Shown here piece after piece: positions 1-14,305 of a DNA stretch of 64,000 nucleotides. The DNA comes from the human T2T-CHM13v2.0 reference genome, Homo sapiens. Position numbers and translations under genes: made by a program. Under the pieces are notes generated by a model that was given only the letters and a program-made list of their open reading frames with translations, ran no database searches and had not been told where the DNA came from. Location of the stretch: the NCBI RefSeq assembly GCF_009914755.1, contig NC_060940.1; one strand, written 5' to 3'. Every line of letters starts with the position of its first letter. The first letter of the stretch is position 1.

Positions 1-1669
1 TTTAGGTATAATTTCTTCAATTTATGTTTTCCTCATTATGATTACTATGAAAAAAAGAGACTCCAGGCATTTGTTAAAAATAACTGCCTCACAAAGCTAG
101 TCTCTTTTTCAGCAGAAACTGCACACCTGTGGAAGTACAATGGTTGTAGGATGGAGTTTCATGAGGTTCACACAGATGCCCTGAGGAGAAGGTGACCACA
201 TTAACATGGAGTGCAGAGTGTATCAGGGAGGCTGGGCCCACTTCTTCACCGGGAGTGACCCTTTCTTTCTCAGTGGGCCCTCTGTGTTCTTGTCACCATC
301 AAGTGTCTGAGTGTTTTGACATCTTAGGAGCCTCCAGCTTGAAAGAAGAAATGGGCTGGATCTCCAGTGTGAGTCATACTAGGGAGCCATTGTGGAATAA
401 GTGAGAGTATGTGTGGGAGGGACACTGCAGTAAAAAGAATAAACCCTAGCAAAATGCAAACACTCCTGGTAATGAAAGGAAGTAAGAACAATATAAAGAA
501 TTTTCTCAGATATTTCTACAAACATGTGCAAACTGATTTTGCTCCTGGCCCAGTCTGGGGTTAGACAGCATGGGTGGAGGAAGGGAGGAGGTCCAGACCC
601 CTGGAGGTTGGGCCTGCAGGTCACTCAAGAGGGAAATCCTTGGGTCAGAGCTCTGAGAGATGCCTTGGTAGTGTCTGGACAGGAGGCCTTCACTGACCAT
701 CTGTAGGCCCTGGTTGTGTAGCACCCCCTCATCCACATTCACCCTGAGTCAGCACTGGCCCTTGGTAACTGCATGATGCATCTGCCGCTGACCAGAAGAG
801 AGAGAAATGGCCCTGTTGAACATGTTTGGCCAAGCTCCCACATGAAACTCTGCAAAGACAGGGAGTGGTAGCCAGTCCTGGAAGCATCAGCACCTTGCCT
901 GGCTGTCATTGCTACTGCTACTGTTCAGACTTCACCCAGGAGGAAATGAGCTCAGAGTGCAAGGGCTCTGGATGAACATCAAGGTAGATGGGCACCACCC
1001 CAGCACTCACTTTTCACCCTGCCAGCCGTGACCTGGGGTGTGAACATCACAGGCAGCCCAGGTTTCTACCTTCCCAACAATCTCCTCCTGTCCAGGGTAT
1101 GTCAATTTCTCATGCCCCCACTCTCCCACTTCCCTGCCTTCACACCCAGTGTGTGGCTGCCCCAGTGGGATCAGAGTGGTAGCTTTGTCTAGCTTGGCCT
1201 ACCCTGGGCTGCCCCATGTTACTTTAGAGTCCTTCCAGGAAAATGCCTGAAGTTAGGTGTAAGGGCTGAGCAAACATTTGCAGAGTCAGAAAAGCCTCAC
1301 ACTCTAGGGTGTTCTAAGGCCTGAGCTGCAGGAAGTCAGGATACTGCAGAAGAACATTTGGCCATCTCAGATATCACTGAACAGGTGAGCTGGGTGGTGG
1401 GGAGTGGGGGGCTGCCTCTAGAATGTGTTTTTTTTGGATACTAGGGTTCTAAGTTCTCTTGGGGTTTATTGTCAAGTGAGATCACTTCTTTGGGTCCTCT
1501 TACCTGGACTTCCTCCTCAGATGAGACTTCCCCAAGAACCCCTCCCTGTTGCTGACTGCTCACCATCCACCCACATTCCATGTTACACCTGCACACCGTC
1601 ACAACAATACAGCCCATTCTGCAGCCCCTGGGCAAAGCTTGGGTGCAGCCAGGGCCTCGTTTTGAGGAG

Positions 1670-2010
1670 GCAGAGCTTGGCTTGGACCTAGATTCTTCTT
1701 TCCAATTCTGTGACTCTGGACAAGTCATTGTGCCTCTTAGGAACTCTCTAGTCTCCCAACCTGCTCATTCTAGCATCTGCTTCCTAGGGATGGCATCAGG
1801 TGTATGTACCTACAAATACCTGCAATACCTATGCAACCCGTGGGCTGGCATCACATTTGCCAATGTACATAGTTAAAGATGGAAAAAATTACAAAAAAAG
1901 TTTGACTTACCATAGAATATAACATATTCTGGGTTCTGATTTGTGATGCTGGGAAAGTCACTTTTCCTCTTAGCATGGTATCTTAGTATGCACCATGTGA
2001 AGGTTGAAAT
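1670..2010. mobile_element. Degenerate MIR-like SINE fragments
   Basis: MIR core-like motifs 'ctgtgactctggacaagtcattgtgcctct' (~1707) and 'tgtgatgctgggaaagtcacttttcctct' (~1942); highly diverged. Confidence 0.4.
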
Positions 2011-2019
2011 TAACTGAAA

Positions 2020-3155
2020 TTCAGATATCACCTTTCCGGCATAAAGCCTTCCAATGCCTTCCCATTATATTTAGAATATGGCCTAAGCGTTTTATCCCAG
2101 CTTCTGTGGTGAGTGGCCCCCACAGTGGCTCTCAGCCATCCCCACTTCCTTGTCTACAAATCCTTGTGCAATCCCCTGTCTTCAAAAGTAGATTAAATTC
2201 AGTGACTTGCTAATTGAGCTTAGTGATGTAACTTCCAAAATAGGATAATGAAAAGCATGTGACTTCTGTTCAGCTCCCTCTCTCCGGTTGTGTTCATGTT
2301 TACATTCTCTGTCTCTCCCTCTTCCTTTCCCTCTCCTTCCCTTTATCTCTCATTTCTCACTATTGGGAAATAAGGTCAGATATATTGAGCTGACCTGTGG
2401 AGAGAACTCAGTGGCAAAAAAATTGACAGAGGCCCCAGCCCTTAGAAAAAAATTAAAAACTTAGACCCTCGGTGTAAACAGATTTATTTCAATAATTTAT
2501 AAATGGTCTCATAAATGGATCCTGCCCAGTTGGACCTCCGTTGATACCACAGCCCCAGCCACCTGAGAAATCTTGAGCCAGTTACACCCAGCTGAAACCT
2601 GCCTGAACCAAATCCACAGAAACTGTGACATAGTAAATGTTTTTTTAGGCTACTAAGATTGGGGTAATGCTGTCTTACAGTGATATATAAGGTACCCAAT
2701 ACAGTCTTCCAGGCCTTGTGGCCTGGTGCTAACCTCTCCCTCTCTCCCCCTCTCCCCTCCTTTTCTCCTGACCTCTCTCCAGCCACCCTGGCTGCCTTTC
2801 CAACCTATACTCTGGCCACATTCTCTTCTGACACTGAGTGTGTGCACTTTGAAGACTCAGACGTGTGCAGGCTGGCTCCTCTTGTCTTTCTGGTCACAGC
2901 AAAAATGTCACCTCAGCAGGGCCTTTCAGACCCGCACACCTAGTGGTCCCCAGCCTCCTCACAGCAACTGCTTTATTTTGCTGTAGTGCTTGCTCTTCTC
3001 TTTCACATGTATTAGCTTTCGTGCACTTGCCCATCTCCACTCAGACCATGAGCTCCTGCGGGACAGGGACCATGTTTGACATTTTCAGTACTGCAGCCAG
3101 GCCTAACACAGCCTTACACAGGGTGAGTGCTCAGGGCACAGTTGCTGAATGAAAA
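2020..3155 (+). mobile_element. L2 LINE 3' fragment split by an MLT1 LTR
   Basis: L2-like 3' terminus 'gcctaacacagcc...gtgctcagggcacagttgctgaatgaa' (3100-3153), with L2-like sequence on both sides of the MLT1 insertion. Confidence 0.55.
2106..2703 (+). mobile_element. MLT1 (E/F-like) ERVL-MaLR solo LTR
   Basis: Starts TGTGG and ends with the MLT1-type tail 'cacagaaactgtgacatagtaaatg...taagattggggtaat...aataca'. Confidence 0.6.
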
Positions 3156-3614
3156 AATGAGATTATCTTGGAGACTTATACCCACCTCCAAGCAGCACAC
3201 ATTGTGGAGACGGATGCTAGTAATAGGAGGTGCAAGACAGATGGGAGTCAAGGAAAGAGTGGCAAGATCTCTTCCCTAGCTCCAGTTGTCAACTGAGCAC
3301 AGTAGACACAGTTCTTCCCCTGGTGTTCACAGCTAGCACTGCAGCCCCAGAGAGGAAAACCAGACACGAAACTCTCACCTTTTTTGGTGTCCTCAGGGAA
3401 CTGACTCTCTCGTAGCCGAAGGAAGTAAATGAGGGGAACCCACAGGCTCGAGGGCAATCTGAAGGACCTCAGAAGCCTCCCTTAGGTTCTCAGTCTCTCA
3501 AACCCCCAGGGTGGTCTCTACTCCAAGGGACCTCCAGGAAGTAGAAACCATTTTTTTAATGACTCAGAGTAAAGTGAGTCACTGATCAAACACTAGGGTC
3601 AAAAGACACTTTCT

Positions 3615-4373
<759 letters not shown>

Positions 4374-4744
4374 TTTTGTGTGAATAAATGTTTTGTTACT
4401 CTGAGAAATATGCAGGACTGCAATTGCTGGTCACGGAGTAGTTGCATATTTAATTTTATTAGAAACTGCCTAACTGCTCTCCGTAGTGGCTGTATTATTT
4501 AACACTCCCATCATCAAAGAATGAATGATCCAGTCTCCACTTCTCCTCTACATTTGGTTTTATCATTACTACTATTTTTATCCTAGCCACTCTGCTGAGT
4601 GTGTATTGATGTTTCATTTGTGTTTTAATACCTACTTATTTAATGATTAACTATGTTGAACATCATTTACTGTGTTTATATGACATCTGCATATTATCTT
4701 AAGTGTAATGTCTATGTATGTTTTATGCCCATTTTCTTTGCTTA

Positions 4745-4863
4745 AAGAATTTTATTTAGCTATAATTCGCTTATCAAATAATGTACCCATTTAAAGTATA
4801 TAATCCAATGATTTTAGTTTGTGCACAGTTGTGCAGCCATCACCACAGTCAATTATAGAACAT
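4745..4863 (-). mobile_element. L1MB-like 3' terminal fragment; its upstream part lies inverted at 6294-6413
   Basis: The reverse complement reads 'atgttctataattgactgtggtgatggctgcacaac...tactttaaatgggt...aataaa', a classic L1MB 3' end. Candidate TSD taagcaa at 4738-4744 (rc) and 6287-6293. Confidence 0.7.
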
Positions 4864-5310
4864 CCATATATGAATTTTCACAGCAGCTTTGCTTATAATT
4901 GCCAAAAACTGGAAACAACAGATATGTCTTTGGATGGGTAAACAGTTACACAGAGTGTGGCACATTCATACCATGGAGACCACTGAGCAATATAAGAAAG
5001 AACAAGCTTTGAAACACACAAAAATGTTAACGTCTCTAGGAAATTATACTGAGTAAAAAAAGACAATAAAAAAAGTTACACACTTTATAATTCCATTTAT
5101 TCCTAGGCATCTGCCTGACTGAGACCCTCCCTAGGGCAACCTCAAAAGTATAAGTTCTGGCATCCTGGGTTCTGGATCCACCACACTGGGCACTTGAAGC
5201 TAAGATGAGATATTAATGAGGATGGGCCTATAGAAGAGGAGACCTCAAATTTCCCTGTATGTTCTGGAGTGCTTAGCTTGGGCGACCTCAAGGGTTACAC
5301 ACAGCCTCAG
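4862..5310 (-). repeat. Inverted duplication arm 1, derived copy of 3924-4373
   Basis: Direct reverse-complement alignment, about 98% identity. Confidence 0.97.
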
Positions 5311-6091
5311 ACTACAGTCACTCTTTGACTGGAAAAGAATGTTGCTAACTGTACACATGATGGTTTTATGTTATTTGCTAATTCTAGGATGCAAAGCTGG
5401 AATAAGAGCAATGACTGCCACACCTGACAGACCTGTCGCTGAACACATCTGCACTCTCCAATCCAAAAGACCTGATGCAGAAAACAAAAAAGGGGAGATG
5501 TGGTGGTTTAGTCAGGCTGGTTGGAAAAAAAAATTAGTTATAATAGCCACAAACCCTCTTGGAAGGCATGAGATTTTGCATAACTTTGGTAATAAATCTG
5601 GCTGAAGGCAGCCTAGTCCCCTACATTTCATTAAATAAATTAGAGTAGAAACAAAGAAATGTGAGGAAGTTATCTAACTATCTTGTTTAGTCATGTAGTC
5701 CTAAGATTAACTTTTGATCTGCCATGGGTGCTTAATTGCTTTCTACTTGGAAGGTTGGCAATGTCAATTACCCTCTAGTGGTGTTGACTCAAGCCTTTGT
5801 CAATTAGTCTTGACTGAATAAATGCGAGTCTCACTGGCTGGTTGGGGCCATGGTCACAACTGTTTACAGCATTCTCCTGGGAGTCTGTAAGCGGTCCGGA
5901 TGCTCAGTCGAATTGGCAAAACAGAATATCTCTGTGTTAGTGTACTTAATTCTTCCATTGTTGAGTCAGGGTCTGCAGGCAGACCCCTTCAGAGGAGTTA
6001 CAATTCAAGATAAGATTTGGGTGGGTATACAACCAAACCATGTCACCAGGAAACTGTCCTCTTTTCTTGCACTTGTCATCTGCTGTCAAAA
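5311..6091 (-). repeat. Inverted duplication arm 2, derived copy of 7918-8698 (includes a complete LTR22 at ~5499-5991 on +, the PPT and a THE1 stub)
   Basis: Reverse-complement match to 7918-8698 with only one difference noticed. Mirrored ORFs 5339..5605/8404..8730 and 5850..6101/7887..8159 in the ORF track. Confidence 0.97.
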
Positions 6092-6413
6092 AAATATGTA
6101 AAATAAATTGAATAAAAAAGAGAAAAAATAGAATGGGAGAAAGTAATTGGAAATACTTTCTTTAAGAAAAAACAAGAACCACTTATTTTATTGGATATGT
6201 GCACATATGTAATAAAGGCCAGTATTCATAATATTAACAAAACTCTAAAAATTCACCAGAGGAAAACAAAGGAAATAATTAGGAAATAAGCAATAGATTG
6301 CCTTAGGCTGGGGAGTTTGAGGGGCAGAAAAAAAGGTGGGGAAGGTGGTGAAAGAAATGAGCAATAACTGCTGATGAATATGAAGTTAATTTTTGAGTAA
6401 TTAGAATGTTCTA
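6092..6413 (+). mobile_element. Inverted continuation of the nested L1M/L1MB elements at 4135-4863
   Basis: Reads as sense-strand L1M ('gaatgggagaaagtaattggaaat...', '...gagtaattagaatgttcta'). It joins colinearly to the reverse complement of 4863 and below, sharing the 8-mer tagaacat/atgttcta. Confidence 0.75.
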
Positions 6414-6939
6414 ATTTTTACAAAATGTAAAAAAAAAATCTATCCAGAGTGCTGAAATGCTAAAGGTTATTGGAACCCAATTGAGCCTGAAGGATAGAGC
6501 CCTGTGGGGACTTTTGACACACAAGTGGGCTCCTTTTTTGTTGCACAAGGGCGGGGGAGCCTTATCCAGATCGAAACCACAGGGTGGTGGCTGAAAATGT
6601 GACTATCTCCTCCCTTTTCTTGTAAAAATCTTATAAATTAGGTAACAAATGTGGAGTAATGTCTTCAGGAAGAATATCTCTCATATATTTAAAATTCACC
6701 TGTTAAACTGGAAGAGCCTCTTTCTCTGTCCCAATTATTTTTTATTAAGGTATAAATTGGTTTATCAAGTAGTTGATATTTGACTTTTGATAACATGTTA
6801 GAACCTGGGAGTTTATATAATATGTACAATAAGCATTGGTCAATCAAATGCATTTCTTAGGCAGCTATTATTTACTTGTATAAAATCAGAGCTAGAAAGA
6901 GGAGCATAATATTGCCTTTAAGGAGCCAACATACTTGTA

Positions 6940-7270
6940 GAGATTCATTCACAAGTTTTTATTCAGCAGCTTTAAGTGCGTTACACCAAGCAAGTGATGA
7001 AGAAACTATCTCTTTAGTTTTATTTGTTGAATGGTGGAGATAAGTATAGAGGAGTGCACTCAATCCAGTGTGGGAAGGAGGTAGGTTAGGTGGTGGGAAG
7101 TGGAGGTGAAGGCGAGGCTTTGTAAAAGAAGTGTTGACTGAAGGAGGAGATGGCAGAAGTTAGCTGGGTAAGTAAGGAAGAAGGAGAGGCAGACCTTTAG
7201 ATGCCTGGCACTGACAAAGATAGCAGAATGCACATTTCAGCCATGAGCACAAGGAAATTTGTGTGGCAAA
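6940..7270 (-). mobile_element. Degenerate L2 fragment
   Basis: Antisense L2 3' end 'attcattcacaagtttttattcagcag' followed by L2-like purine-rich sequence. Confidence 0.4.
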
Positions 7271-7963
7271 AACAGCACTTTTTCTTACTTTGAAAATTTG
7301 GGTGGAGGGAATAAACTCCTGGATGTTGGGGCCAAACAAATTAGAAAGCACATTTTACTCACTTTTATATTGTCTGGAACATAAACTTTAATTGAGATTT
7401 CAGATGAAAAAATTCAATGATTTCCAGAAAATATTCTGTAGAACACAGTTTGCTCAAAATATTAATAAATACCAGTTGATGAATGGGTTCTAAGGTCAAA
7501 TAAGTTCAGAATATTTAAATCACTATTGTGAGTCTTAAGAGAGTGAAAGCCCACAGTTTTCCAGGGGCTTTAGGCAGATTTTATTTGACCGTCTTGAGAA
7601 ACCAGTAATTAGAGAACACCTTTGGAAGTGCTGTGTCAGCGTCCATGTGGCAGGAATGCTTCCTGGCTAGTCTAACAGACCTGAGTCTCACTGAAGGGTC
7701 TCTGCTCCCCTGAGAGCCCAACACAAGCTGGAGACAGGCTGTCAGGAGGTGGCTGCATATGTGTTAATAATGGGAAGACTTAAAATGGGGTGTGAAATAA
7801 GTCATTCAATTGAAAGACCTTCAACAAAAAAAAGCCATGGTTTCTGTCTTAGTGAGAAGGCTTGTGGCTTGTGGTAGTTTTGTGTTCTAAGCACAGGCTG
7901 CCTGGGACCTAGCTAGCTTTTGACAGCAGATGACAAGTGCAAGAAAAGAGGACAGTTTCCTGG

Positions 7964-8017
7964 TGACATGGTTTGGTTGTATACCCACCCAAATCTTATC
8001 TTGAATTGTAACTCCTC
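7964..8017 (+). mobile_element. THE1 (ERVL-MaLR) LTR 5' stub; continues at 14800-14824
   Basis: 'tgacatggtttggttgtatacccacccaaatcttatcttgaattgtaactcc' plus 'ctcccataattctcacgtgttgtg' reconstitutes the THE1 LTR start. Confidence 0.85.
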
Positions 8018-8510
8018 TGAAGGGGTCTGCCTGCAGACCCTGACTCAACAATGGAAGAATTAAGTACACTAACACAGAGATATTCTGTTTTGCCAATTCG
8101 ACTGAGCATCCGGACCGCTTACAGACTCCCAGGAGAATGCTGTAAACAGTTGTGACCATGGCCCCAACCAGCCAGTGAGACTCGCATTTATTCAGTCAAG
8201 ACTAATTGACAAAGGCTTGAGTCAACACCACTAGAGGGTAATTGACATTGCCAACCTTCCAAGTAGAAAGCAATTAAGCACCCATGGCAGATCAAAAGTT
8301 AATCTTAGGACTACATGACTAAACAAGATAGTTAGATAACTTCCTCACATTTCTTTGTTTCTACTCTAATTTATTTAATGAAATGTAGGGGACTAGGCTG
8401 CCTTCAGCCAGATTTATTACCAAAGTTATGCAAAATCTCATGCCTTCCAAGAGGGTTTGTGGCTATTATAACTAATTTTTTTTTCCAACCAGCCTGACTA
8501 AACCACCACA
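8018..8510 (-). mobile_element. 3' LTR22 of the HML-5 provirus
   Basis: Minus strand TGTGGTGGTTTAGTCAGG...GACCCCTTCA, with AATAAA; preceded by the PPT AAAAGGGGAGA (8511-8523). Confidence 0.88.
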
Positions 8511-9272
8511 TCTCCCCTTTTTTGTTTTCTGCATCAGGTCTTTTGGATTGGAGAGTGCAGATGTGTTCAGCGACAGGTCTGTCAGGTGTGGCAGTCATTG
8601 CTCTTATTCCAGCTTTGCATCCTAGAATTAGCAAATAATATAAAACCATCATGTGTACAGTTAGCAACATTCTTTTCCAGTCAAAGAGTGACTGTAGTGT
8701 TATTTGGCATCTCAGTTTATTGTATGCCATTAATGAGGAACTCCATTATGTTAATTTTTTTTAGTTAAACAGTCACGTTGTTAGAAGATGAGAAGGGGGT
8801 GTTTTTTAAAGTAACAGGGCAGAAAAAAGGCGGACTTAAGAAATGAGCTTAATAGAGTGTAGCAGGTACCAGTTGCAGACAAAGTGGGAGAATTAAAAAG
8901 GATTAAAATTTCTGGCTCAACCTTTTGCTTCTTTATATTGTGTGTCTTCTGCAGAAGCAGCATTGCCTGGGGCTGCTGGTCCTATAGTAGGGTCTTTTTT
9001 AGGCTGGTTTGAGTTTTTTTTTTCTTTCCATCCTTTAATGAGGACGTAGTCTCCAGGCTGGTGCTGGTGTACTGGAAATTCTAGGGGTGGTGCCTGTGCT
9101 AAGACACCTTTTATAATCTTTCTAAAGAGCAGGTTAGTGCTTTAAGAAAAACCTGCTGTGATTTATTTTAATGTCTAGTTTACAGAAAAACTGGATGAAA
9201 CTTCTTTAACTTTAGCCAATATGTTTACACACAGAATTTTTTTTACAATTAACATTTTAAAACTTGCTTAGA

Positions 9273-10469
<1,197 letters not shown>

Positions 10470-10829
10470 AAAACTTGCTTAGACATTCAAAACAAAAATT
10501 ATACAATATTTCCATATACAACATTTTTCATGACTTTCACAGACAATCTTTGCCATGCCTTAACTTTCTGACTTTGTTTTATAACCTTCCTTACTAAAAG
10601 TGCATTCTTATATCTATAACTTTCTTAAAATTTCCTTTTCCTCTTCCTACTTTACCTCTCCTCTTTGTGTTACTTTTTGTGTCGCTCTATGATCGCTCTC
10701 TCTTCTAGACTTTTTGTTACTCATTCTTTCCCTCTTGAGCTGGCATAAGCTGGACCATTATTTGTTTTGATTTTTTAGGGCCATTCCATAAATGCACAAG
10801 TTAAAAGAAGATGTTTAATGACATATCAA

Positions 10830-11686
10830 GTTGACTCTTTAGGGAAAGCATGTGCACTTATTAAATGAGTGTTGGTTTCAATGGATTCATGTACATATCT
10901 AAGTTTTCCAAATTCAGGGATGTGTGTAACGTATGTTTACCATAATTGATTATGTTCTAGTGCTCTAAGGTTAAAACCTTTGAAGGAGGGGATATGCCTG
11001 TGAGCTGGCAATTTGGGCATTGCAGGATAATTTGTTTAGCCAGTCTTTGTGTAAGTTGAAATTGTTTAGATAAGTTTCTCCAATTTTGGTGGAAAAATTG
11101 ATGTGATTCTGTGGCTTGGTCAAGCAGTGATGTCATAACTTGAAGGTCTGCTTGATTATTGCCATAAGCCAATGAGCCAGGCAGTGAGCTGTGGGCTTGA
11201 ATATGTGTAATAAAAATAGGATGTGTACGTTGATCTAGCAATTTCTGAAGTCAGGGAAAAAGAGTGCACAGGGCTGGCTCCAGAGTGAATTTAATTAAAG
11301 CTGTCTCAAGGTTTTGTAGTAAATAGAGTAAGCTGAGTGTCTTATAATATTTATGGGCTGAGTGGAAAAAGTTTCTAAGGCCAGTATCAGAGTCTGAATC
11401 TTAGCTCTCTGAGTGCTAGTAAACACAGATCAAGTGATTGAATTGTGTGGTCTCCACCAGACTGCTGCTTTTCCATGTTTACCAGACCCATCTAAAGCAT
11501 TAGGTATGGGGGAGTGAACTATTTTTGTGGGCAAAATTACCAGAGTGTGAGATAAGAAATGAAGGAGTTTGGCCAGGTGTGGTGGCTCACACCTGTAATC
11601 CCAGCACTTTGGGAGGCTGAGGCGGGCAGTTCACGAGGTCAGGAGATCAAGACAATCCTGGCTAACACGGTGAAACCCCATCTCTA

Positions 11687-11720
<34 letters not shown>

Positions 11721-13150
11721 AGCCAGGCGTGGTGGTGGGCGCCTGTAGTCCCAGCTACTCAGGAGGCTGAGGCAGGAGAATGGCATGAACCCAGGAGGTG
11801 GAGCTTGAAGTTAGCCGAGATCGTGCCACTGCACTCTAGCCTGGGCGACAGAGCAAGACTTCATCTCAAAAAAAAAAAAAAAAAAAAAGGAAATGAAGGA
11901 GTTTATCAGCAGGCAGGATGTGCTCTATTTGCCCTGTGTAATCAGATAAAGCTATTTGCAGATGTATTGATAAGGGCAACACTGCTTTGAATTGCTTTTT
12001 ACTTAAAGAAATCCTGATATCAAGATCATAACCTAGCAGCTGACTGCAACATTTGCAACCTGCATAGATGACTTTAGTAATTAACTGAATATAGGGAGAT
12101 AGTGTTTTAGTCCTGGTATGTGAGGAAAAAACTCAATTCTGGGAAGCACAGCCCTGAGGTCATCAGTCCTATTAACCCAAAAGGGGAGTGTTTGGTGGGA
12201 AAGATAAACAACTGAACCAAGAAGCCTGGGTCTATGCAATCTAGCTGCCTCTGAGAGATGACTTGTTCGATTTCTTCAATTGCCCTTTTTGCAGCAGGGG
12301 TTAAATATCTGGGAGAATCCAGAGCTGGATTGCCCTTTAAGATAGAAAACAGGTTTTGTAGTTTATCAGTAAGAATTCCCAAAGTGGGGCAGAGCAAAGT
12401 AATATCCTCCCCCGCCCCCAGTAATTTTTGATAATCATTTAAGGTAAGTTGCTAGCATTTAATTTAACCTTTTGTGGTCTCACTGATGGGGAAGTTAGTA
12501 TATACCCAAGATATTTCCAAGAAAACATCTGTACTTTCTCAGGTGCTATAATTAAGCCTCTTAGCTGTGTATCCTTTATGACAGAGGAATATAAATTTAA
12601 AAGTATTGGCTCAGGTGGAGCTGCTAATAGAATATCATCCATAAAATGAATAATTTTACCATCAGGAAATTCTTTTCTACTAGGAATTAAAGCTTGATTT
12701 ACATGATACTGACACATGGTAGGACTGTTTAGCATTCCTTGAGGAAGCACTTTCCAATGAAATCAACAAGCTGGTTTTTCATTATTGATAGCTGGTATTG
12801 TAAACACAAATTTTTCTCTGTCCTGTTCTGCTAATGATTATAGGCCAATCTTGAGGAATCATCATGGGGGAGGGGAGGCCCTGTTGAAGGGGTCCCATAG
12901 TCTGTAAATTAGCATTAATAGCACATAAGTCATGCAAAAGTCTCCATTTCCCAGACTTTTTGGGAATGATGAAAACAGGCAAATTCCAAAGGCTGTTAGA
13001 TAAGTCTACATGCCCAGCCTTTAAATGCTCTTCAACTAATTCATGAGCCTTCTGCAATTTCTCTCCCTTCAGAGGCCACTGTTCCACCCAAATTGGATCT
13101 TGAGAGAGCCACATCAGGGATAGGAGAGACATAACAGTGGCCATTATCAG
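10830..13150 (-). pseudogene. pol: HML-5 pol remnant (RT, RNase H, integrase Zn-binding N-terminus), frameshifted and interrupted by AluY
   Basis: Motifs [42 protein letters not shown] (YMDD-like), HIQAHSSLPGSLAYGNNQAD, H..FHQN...CPNC. Confidence 0.9.
11571..11889 (+). mobile_element. AluY inserted into HML-5 pol
   Basis: AluY diagnostics 'ggctaacacggtg' and 'gaatggcatgaaccc...gagcttg'; perfect 15 bp TSD gaaatgaaggagttt (11556-11570 / 11890-11904); 30-nt middle A run. Confidence 0.93.
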
Positions 13151-13299
13151 AAAAGTGTCTTTCAAATTCTTAACTTTTACTTAAATCTTAGCAGAAAATT
13201 ATAATCTGGACGTTGCTTGTATTCGAGGAACACATGAAATCTTGCTGTGGGCCACTTCTAGAGCTGGAGAGCTGAGCAGGTGGGCCCCGGGTGGCGGCT

Positions 13300-14148
13300 G
13301 CATCAAGCGTGCTTAGGCACTGCCACTATTTGTGCCAAATTTTTTTTTTCTATGATGCTTCCTCCGCCTATAGTTGGGCGGCTGTTGCTGGCTGGGTGGA
13401 CCTTCCCACGTGTGCCTCTTGCCCCTCCCCAGCAGGCCAGCTTTGGCACTGGGCTTGGCCTCCCAACTGCTACTGCCTGCTGCTTCACAGGCCAAGTTCC
13501 CAGGAGCATTTGCTGGCTCCGTTCCACGAGGTTTCCTGCTGCTGAACCTCTCTTTCTATTTACTGCCTGCCTGGCTGCAAGGCTCTGGCCTCTAATGCCT
13601 TTTCTTAACCCTTTATGTACGTGATTGCCTTGCTGATCTGGTATTACTGGGCAAGCTAAGAGCCTTCCTTCTAATGCCGCTTGCCTAAAACAGCATCTCT
13701 TAGCTGTAGCGTATCTCCTGTCTTTTCTCATATCTATTGGATGAGGGGGCTCAGGCAAAACCTTTATTTCCTCATTGTTATTTTGGCCTGGTGATATTGG
13801 GGCTGAGAGAAGAGGAGTCAGTAAAGTAGGTGATGTTTCCTCCTCCTTCCCCTTTTTAGGCTCTTCCGTGTACAATGGAACAAGGGCTGCTCTAATTAAA
13901 GCCCATAGCATTAAAGCTGTTACTGGGACACATTGCCCTTGTGCATAATATTGTTTAAAATTTCTCCCCACTTGTTCCCAGAGCTTTATGTCTAGCATGA
14001 CTTTTTACAGGAACCATGGGCTTTGCATTACAACAGTTTGCATCAGTTCCCTTAATTGAGCCTGCGAAACTGAGGTTCCACTAGCTTTAAGCAGCTGTTT
14101 TAACACTTTTATATAGTGTTTCTGTTGAGCTGATAACTGTCATCCCAT
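13300..14148 (-). pseudogene. gag: HML-5 gag remnant (matrix and downstream region; capsid/nucleocapsid and pro not recognisable)
   Basis: The ATG at 14148 gives MG*QLSAQQKHYIKVLKQLLKASG..., followed by LDIKLWEQVGRN...LWALIRAAL, typical of betaretroviral matrix; premature stops. Confidence 0.8.
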
Positions 14149-14285
14149 GATGAAACCTCAGTCTGAACAAGCCCCCATGAACTTGGAGATCCCAAGTGGG
14201 CACCAATGACTTACTTATTACTCACTGACCATACAGTCCTTTCCACCTCTGTTTTGGGGGGTCCATCGCACTTCCTTCCCAGTGT

Positions 14286-14303
14286 TTCTCACACAGGGCA
14301 CCA
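14286..14303 (-). promoter_or_regulatory. Retroviral primer-binding site complementary to elongator tRNA-Met
   Basis: Minus strand TGGTGCCCTGTGTGAGAA, 2 nt after the 5' LTR; 16/18 match to the recalled TGGTGCCCCGTGTGAGGA. Confidence 0.8.
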
Positions 14304-14305
14304 GC

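Noticed and set aside
100-200. Possible exon (acceptor tctctttttcag at ~112, donor aag/gtgacc at ~191)
   Set aside because: Splice-like motifs alone, with no recognisable coding homology or partner exons.
5300-5320. The 3924/8698 junction as a retrotransposed back-spliced circular RNA
   Set aside because: The segment order fits back-splicing, but the boundaries lack GT/AG, there is no poly(A)/TSD pair, and a coupled inversion points to a DNA-level event.
7420-7640. Possible hAT-Charlie MITE remnant
   Set aside because: The termini look suggestive, but the element is too degenerate to name without a search.
5339-8730. Duplicated 83-108 aa ORFs as a small gene pair
   Set aside because: They are chance frames across LTR22 and are mirrored only because of the inverted duplication.
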